Below, one piece after another: positions 48,701 to 52,420 of a stretch of DNA of 52,420 nucleotides. The notes under the pieces are model-generated. The model made no database searches. It saw only the letters and a program-made list of their open reading frames with translations, and was not told the origin of the DNA. Positions within the stretch are counted from its first letter, which is position 1; each line of letters begins with the position of its first letter. The stretch comes from Octopus bimaculoides (taxonomy: Eukaryota), in contig NC_069005.1 in the NCBI RefSeq assembly GCF_001194135.2, positions 12,922,210 to 12,974,629 on the forward strand, written 5' to 3'. Both the position numbers and the translations under genes were made by a program.

Positions 48701-49402
48701 GGCTTATCAGAATCTGTCAAACCTTTGCAAATACAGAAGAAGGATGTGAAATGATGATTGTGATGAAGATGATGGTGATGATGATCATGACCATGATCTA
48801 GATGGTGGTAGTAGTAGTGGTGGTGGTGAAAAAGATGATGAGACGATAATGGTGAAGATGAGGGGTGATGCTGGTGGTGAGGGGGTGATGAAGATGATGA
48901 TGATGATGATGATAATGATGATTCAGTTAACAACTACTTTTCTTTGCTCTGATCTATTTAACTTCAACCCTTTGGCATTGAGATCACTGTCAAATGCAAC
49001 ACTTCTATTCATTCACATTATTTTGAATTAACAATGCATTTTCTCGTAGCTTTGAGATTTCGATTATGTGACAATAAATCTTTTAGACTAACATTGTAGG
49101 ATAGGTGTGAGTCTGATCTCGCCAGTTTGAACATAAAGATAGGCAGAATATTTTGGCCAGAAATACTTGGTTTTAAATCCTAAAGAATTAAAGAAGAAAA
49201 CAAATTTTTCTGAGAGATTCAAAAAGACAATAGTATATTACCAGAGAGTCATATGTTTCAGCTTTATCATCCAGTTTCCCAGCCTTCTTCATCCTTTGTT
49301 CACGTTTCTTCTCAATGGTTCCGGTCCTGTCAAGGAACGTGTCTTCATCACTGTCATAGAAATCGTTTTCTTCCCAGTTTTTCTTCTTACGTTTGCGACT
49401 TT
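21553..49402 (-). CDS. SLC4A1AP: Kanadaptin (SLC4A1 adaptor protein), 3' part of a multi-exon gene; 5' exons (FHA/dsRBD-like region) not found in the window
   Basis: Eight GT-AG exons with compatible phases. The spliced translation contains kanadaptin motifs recalled from the human protein: RKRKKKNWEENDFYDSDEDTFLDRTGTIEKKREQRMKKAGK, DALDAYMNSIKSG...KLKRRLLELR, and the C-terminal VWLPPSDQSGDGRTSLNEKYGY*. Confidence 0.93.
22540..23472 (+). mobile_element. Stack of three RTE 3' ends in the last kanadaptin intron
   Basis: Older copy ~22540-22880, short copy 22883-22985, young copy 23086-23472 with internal ~65-bp repeats (cgttgccagtgccgcctgactggcc). Other RTE 3'-UTR fragments at ~17990-18290, 20530-20720, 38160-38426, 39880-40040, 42406-42650, 44200-44360, 49480-49620 and 50440-50550. 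Confidence 0.85.
23961..24024 (-). CDS. SLC4A1AP: Kanadaptin penultimate exon (64 nt, phase 0 to 1): VSGDSSCFEADADKVVWLPPS
   Basis: aatttatag| and |gtaagt; VWLPP motif (human VWVPP). Confidence 0.88.
24068..24513 (+). mobile_element. 3' end of a Dong/R4-clade non-LTR retrotransposon (restriction-like endonuclease) within (TAA)n
   Basis: KANRPDIVVKDHEEK/CFLIDVSIPADDNVSLKKMEKLSKYKDLEIEVTRMW...IPIIVGALG...IQKIALLGTAHILRK is the PD..D..K RLE motif; one frameshift in an A-run near 24110; flanked by (TAA)n/(CTA)n. Confidence 0.85.
24514..24839 (-). mobile_element. SINE 'family B': different head and middle, same 3' tail as family A
   Basis: Head gtgaaggcatgtggcttagtggttagg...gagttcgattcccgg, middle tgtgtccttgagcaagacactttatttcacg, tail gagaactacattaagggtacac...ccgttgatcg; embedded in (TAA)n. 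Confidence 0.85.
25161..26100 (-). mobile_element. Four head-to-tail copies of SINE 'family C' separated by (AAT)n tracts
   Basis: Units at ~25175-25378, 25410-25616, 25645-25851 and 25879-26092; each has ggcaaagtcgacctc..gaatttgaactcagaac...ctaagcatt...gctaac. Dispersed copies at ~7040-7390, 31435-31640, 33490-33705(+), 37660-37850, 39630-39830 and 51710-51910. Confidence 0.85.
26177..26806. repeat. Palindromic MITE-like element 4, split by a SINE
   Basis: Inner arms 26203-26255 / 26324-26376; outer 19-bp arms 26177-26195 / 26788-26806; partial related copy at ~27030-27135. Confidence 0.75.
26393..26778 (+). mobile_element. SINE family A, full length, 12-bp TSD ACTACT(T/C)TGATC
   Basis: TSD at 26381-26392 and 26779-26790 (1 mismatch); inserted into the arm of a palindromic element. 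Confidence 0.92.
27885..28310 (-). mobile_element. Internally deleted RTE LINE: reverse-transcriptase fragment joined to 3'-UTR repeats
   Basis: VLSPLLFIIVLQAITEEFKTGCPWELLYADDLALIAES contains the RT YADD motif; it abuts 3'-UTR tandem repeats at 27885-28060 with the C-terminal ORF missing. Confidence 0.88.
28340..28730 (+). mobile_element. hAT transposase fragment (ZBED1/Ac-like)
   Basis: KLQQDAPARWNSTFLMLQSLL...DWEKI..YINVLDLFCQATALLVGEKYVS.S.VLP corresponds to the D..TRWNST motif region. Confidence 0.85.
29520..29584 (-). CDS. SLC4A1AP: Kanadaptin exon (65 nt, phase 1 to 0): (D)YHTRTSEIHKPEKKNSKSFRE
   Basis: ttatttcgttgtag| and |gtgagtatg, both strong sites. It is the only candidate I found giving the required phase 1 to 0 bridge; K-rich as expected, but the sequence is weakly conserved. 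Confidence 0.7.
31297..31426. repeat. (AAG)n microsatellite, representative of many SSRs
   Basis: About 40 AAG units. Also (AGAT)n at ~12220-12285, (GAT/GGT)n at ~40385-40585, and dozens of (CA)n and (TA)n tracts. Confidence 0.95.
33715..34008 (-). mobile_element. Degenerate Helitron Rep/helicase fragment
   Basis: EH..CFNEPTSNEVAILMVGDPHENHDILIR*..LKRVSQTHPSYDVLQYPL..*NGQDGYHFNIPQIEPATG...KKV..NDFYSYQLM matches the Helitron N-terminal motif (NAPT.NEVA, H.SYD.LQYPL); stops present. Confidence 0.85.
34331..34971 (-). mobile_element. 5'-truncated RTE LINE, near-identical to the 47007 copy
   Basis: Same peptide MQERRLRWYGHVVRMDEDSCVKKCHTLTVEGTRGRGRPRKTWAEVVRQDLRTLGLTEAMTTD and the same 3' UTR. 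Confidence 0.92.
36030..36365 (+). mobile_element. Diverged SINE 'family E': B-like middle module with a different tail
   Basis: tRNA-like head (gagttcaattcctgg), middle tgtgttctagagcaagatattttatttcac.ttgttccagttcactca, then an unrelated 3' part. Confidence 0.6.
36660..37409 (-). mobile_element. Mariner transposon remnant: 5' TIR plus N-terminal half of the transposase
   Basis: HTH region ...WFQKFRAGNCSLEDE..PGRS..., WVPYKL (cf. WVPHEL), then an in-frame stop and IVTADKKWVLY...GLHP; TIR tattgggtcatc at ~37375-37409. Confidence 0.9.
37878..37930 (+). mobile_element. Tc1-like terminal inverted repeat (solo end)
   Basis: TA-CAGGGGTTGGACAAAATAATGGAAACAC, a typical Tc1 end; the partner end was not found. 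Confidence 0.5.
40682..40958 (-). CDS. SLC4A1AP: Kanadaptin exon (277 nt, phase 0 to 1): LPENLEKVSDADV-E/D tract-NEKKMECDVDAERK...KIHLQTST
   Basis: tttatttgacag| and |gtaatt; the acidic tract matches the poly-E region of vertebrate kanadaptin; overlaps track ORF 40674..40865. Confidence 0.8.
43198..43224 (-). CDS. SLC4A1AP: Visible 3' end of a kanadaptin exon truncated by the N gap: KIPKVFTVD
   Basis: Open frame running out of gap 43225-43767 and ending at a consensus |gtgagt donor in phase 0, as required to join the phase-2 exon upstream to the phase-0 exon downstream. Confidence 0.6.
45222..45411 (-). CDS. SLC4A1AP: Kanadaptin exon (190 nt, phase 1 to 2): DAEAAESNEDLDALDAYMNSIKSGMMDTKTRLKLKRRLLELRPQEQRLRKLMNIAKPVSFECL
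   Basis: tttttggtcag| and |gtaagg; matches the conserved D.LDAFM..MKSG...L.LR...LRKE..RL..L..I.KP block. It is in a different frame from track ORF 45231..45458. Confidence 0.92.
46226..46552 (-). mobile_element. SINE family B, full length, ~11-12-bp TSD (C)CCATAAAGTTA
   Basis: TSD at 46214-46225 and 46552-46563; lies ~40 nt from the donor of exon 46601-46670. Confidence 0.88.
46601..46670 (-). CDS. SLC4A1AP: Kanadaptin exon (70 nt, phase 0 to 1): SEKHTEILQEMQEIEEKLEKARA
   Basis: aatttcag| and |gtaata; coiled-coil-like peptide at the expected position; phases fit both neighbours. Confidence 0.85.
47007..47800 (+). mobile_element. 5'-truncated RTE-clade LINE: C-terminal ORF end, 3' UTR and (GAT)n tail
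   Basis: ERRLRWYGHVVRMDEDSCVKK...EGTRGRGRPRKTW is the typical RTE C-terminus; 3' UTR gcgttaggaagggcatccagc...catggaaagcggacgttaaacgatgatgat. Confidence 0.92.
49242..49402 (-). CDS. SLC4A1AP: Kanadaptin exon (161 nt, phase 1 to 0): (E)SRKRKKKNWEENDFYDSDEDTFLDRTGTIEKKREQRMKKAGKLDDKAETYDSL
   Basis: Acceptor ttttacag| and donor |gtaata; strongly conserved motif; lies within track ORF 49188..49421. Confidence 0.95.
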
Positions 49403-50559
49403 CTGTAAAATAGCAGAACAATATAAGATTACCATCATCTTTTCAATGTATATTTTTCCAAGCTTCCATGTATCAGTAACCATTACACTGAAAAATCACC
49501 TGGCAAGACAAGATTCCTACAACAACCCAGCATCCGGTCCAGGAAACCAGCCTCATGCTGCACAGAGTAATGAGGAAAAACCCACCATTGTTTTGAGGAA
49601 TGTGTCTTACATTTATAAAATTTCCCAGGTTTGCATCAATTTATTATGTTCCGTTTTTCGTCTCAGGTAGAGATATGCGGTTAAGAGCGCCGATGTGTGA
49701 CCTAGTAAATAAGCTATTGCATTGACAATCACAAGATGAAGTTTGTTTACTAATCCCAGTCAAACTGTCAGACCAATGCCACCATAGAAAATGGATGCTA
49801 AGTGATGATGATGAAGATGAATTAGCTTCATGGTACTACATGGTCCATACCTGAACAGTTTTCATTCATGCACATTGTTTCTGGTTCAGTTGATGCCCAT
49901 TATTTTCTTTCAGCTCAACTGTACTCCATCAATCAAGCCTGTTGTCATTACACAACCAGTGGAGCATGACTGCCTTATTCCTTTCTAACATCTTTATACA
50001 TACACCACATACAATACCCATAAAGTCAGACAAAGTAACACTAAGCATTTTGTCCGTTGTACTAACAATTCCACTAGCTCACCACTTTCACTTCCTGCTG
50101 ATATAAACATGTCTGTAAGTGCGTATGTGCCTCGATGTGTGTGTGCGTTTGTATATGTGTGCCTATATAGGAAGGGGTACTGAAAATATTGCTTATTTCC
50201 TCAGACGAAAAGCATAAAAGCATAAACTCATGTTTCCTAAAATATGTTTATATATTTGCTTTGCAAGATGCTTGATGTGAAATTGTGTGTTGACACAGGG
50301 TTATAATTGGCAATGGTCCTATTTTGCCAATTAGACACATGCTTTATATATCCAGTTTTCACTTCAGCTTTATCATTATTATTTTAGTTTCATTGTCAAA
50401 GCTCTTTCATCACACATTTTAGAATAAGCAGAACAAGAAGAGATACATGGGATTGAGAGTTACTGAAGAGGTCACAGCCTCCTGGCTTCCCAGAACCCAG
50501 TCGAACCGTCCAACTCATGCCACCATGGAAAACGGAATTAAACAATGATGATATATATA

Positions 50560-50608
<49 letters not shown>

Positions 50609-50744
50609 CATGTGTGTTTAACCAGCAAAATCTAACCATTCCCAAGTACAACAATATGCTTCCTAAAATTATCTCTAAAATTATCATGAGACTGGCTTGA
50701 CAAGAACAGGCAGAATCGTTATAGCATTGAATACATAGTAAATA

Positions 50745-51125
50745 GAACAGACATTTACCACAGATAGTAAACATATCACAGACAGTAAACACCGTAGGCG
50801 TATCATGAATATTAAATATCAAAACTTATATCACAGATAGTAAACACCACAGACTTATATCACACTGACTCCACTCCAGATGGTTAACATCACATTCATT
50901 TTACTCCAGATAGTAAACATCACAAACAGTAAACATCATTTCGCTCTACCCTAGATAGTAAACATCGTTTCTCAATAGTAAACACTACACTGATTCTATT
51001 CCATATACTAAACATTACTTTGACTCTACCCCAGATAGTAGATATCAATTCTAGACAGTAAACACTACACTGATTCTATTCCATATAGTAAACATCACTT
51101 TCACTCTACCCCAGGTAGTAAAACT
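50745..51125. repeat. Degenerate minisatellite (gatagtaaacatc core) with an 80-bp higher-order repeat
   Basis: The core recurs every ~20-30 bp; 50977-51056 is repeated at 51057-51120. Confidence 0.75.
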
Positions 51126-51995
51126 TCACAGAGTCTCTATTTAATTATGATCCTGTAATATGCCCAGCCTTTTATGTTCTGAGTTCAAATCCTACCATGG
51201 TCAATTATGCCTTGTGTCTTTTCTAAGTTTATAAAATAAAAAAAATAAGTTAAATACTGAGATCTACCCATCCTGAACATGAAACATTATACCTATTGTT
51301 GAAAAAAAAACAACCTAAATGTGTCCTTCAGAGATCAACCATCACTGAACACTAGTTTCTCTGATGTTATATAAAATGATAGATTACAGTCTGTACCTGA
51401 AGACAAGCTTCCAATCTAACTTACGTACCACAACATTTTGAGGTACTACAAGGTGACCTGGAGCAAACCTTAATCAAAATCCCATCTCTTTGTTTTAATA
51501 ACTTTTAGTCATTAGTCTGCAGCCCTGCTGGAGCACTGCCTCCAAAGGATTTTAGTTGATTGAGTCAAACATAGCACTTTGGTGTCATATTTATCGTTCA
51601 CGTTAAGACACCAAAATGGAAAGTGAACGTTATTATCAGGGGAAGTAACTCAGTCGAGGATTGCTTGTTTGAATGTACTGATACACAACACATGCTGATA
51701 TAGGTTGCACATTTTGGCACAAGGCCAGCAATTTCGGAGGAGGGAGTAAGTCGATCACACCGACCCCAGGGATTAACTGGTATTTATTTTATTGACCCTG
51801 AAAGAATGAAAGGTAAAGTCGACTTCAGTGGAATTTGAACTCAGAACATAAAGTCAGACGAAGTAACACTAAGCATTTTGTCCATTGTACTAACAATTTC
51901 ACTAGCTCACCACTTTCACTTCCTGCTGATATAAACATGTCTGTAAGTGCGTATGTGCCTCGATGTGTGTGTGCGTTTGTATATGTGTTCCTATA

Positions 51996-52196
51996 TACGA
52001 GGGGGTACTGAAAAGTTCCTGGCATTAGGGGGATTGCGAAAAGCCTAGTTGGAGGTCCAACCTTCTGAGTTATTTTACAGGGCTCAGAAAAACTGAAGTG
52101 TGTGATTCTGAGAGGGGAATATGCTGAATAAAATCATAACTGATCCCCTGTATTTTCTTTTACCCAAAGCCAAGAACTTATCAGCACCTCCTCATG
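51996..52196. mobile_element. Mariner-derived MITE, second copy
   Basis: tacgagggggtactgaaaagttcctggc ... gccaagaacttatcagcacctcctcat inverted termini; the interior is the reverse complement of 20748-20946. Confidence 0.75.
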
Positions 52197-52204
52197 TGTG
52201 TATA

Positions 52205-52240
<36 letters not shown>

Positions 52241-52420
52241 CAAAAGTAAATGAGTATATGCATATATACGTACAGGTATGTGCATACCGACATCCACCTG
52301 TATGTATAGGTGCATATCTGGGTACAGGACATTGCAAACAAACGTAGACGAGAACACACGAGCCACATAGAGAACATTCTACTTCATCAGCTACCCACGT
52401 TTTAACACCGGCGTTTCGAC

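Noticed and set aside
49167-49670. 167-aa plus-strand ORF
   Set aside because: It is the antisense shadow of the K/E-rich kanadaptin exon plus repeat sequence.
49403-52420. Search for the next upstream kanadaptin exon
   Set aside because: No donor/acceptor pair with a plausible peptide ending in phase 1 was found; the exon is probably beyond the window.

Overview
Eukaryotic, AT-rich, repeat-dense scaffold with many N gaps. The SINE/RTE/microsatellite landscape looks like a coleoid cephalopod, probably Octopus (inference). One protein-coding gene is supported: the 3' half of kanadaptin (SLC4A1AP) on the minus strand. I reconstructed it by eye as 8 phase-compatible exons from 49402 to the stop at 21553; one exon is cut by an assembly gap and the upstream exons were not found in the window. 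The rest is mobile DNA: several modular tRNA-derived SINE families, 5'-truncated RTE LINEs, a Dong/R4-type LINE end, remnants of mariner, Tc1, hAT, Chapaev-3-like and Helitron transposons, palindromic MITE-like elements and local duplications. Most ORFs in the supplied track are microsatellite or N-gap artefacts. I found no CRISPR array, rRNA or true tRNA, and no convincing new multi-gene system. The most interesting signals are repeat-biology ones: SINE module swapping with ~12-bp TSDs, a (TAA)n insertion hotspot at a splice acceptor, inverted SINE pairs around the terminal exons, nested insertions, and an inverted composite duplication. All family assignments come from recalled motifs; no searches were run.
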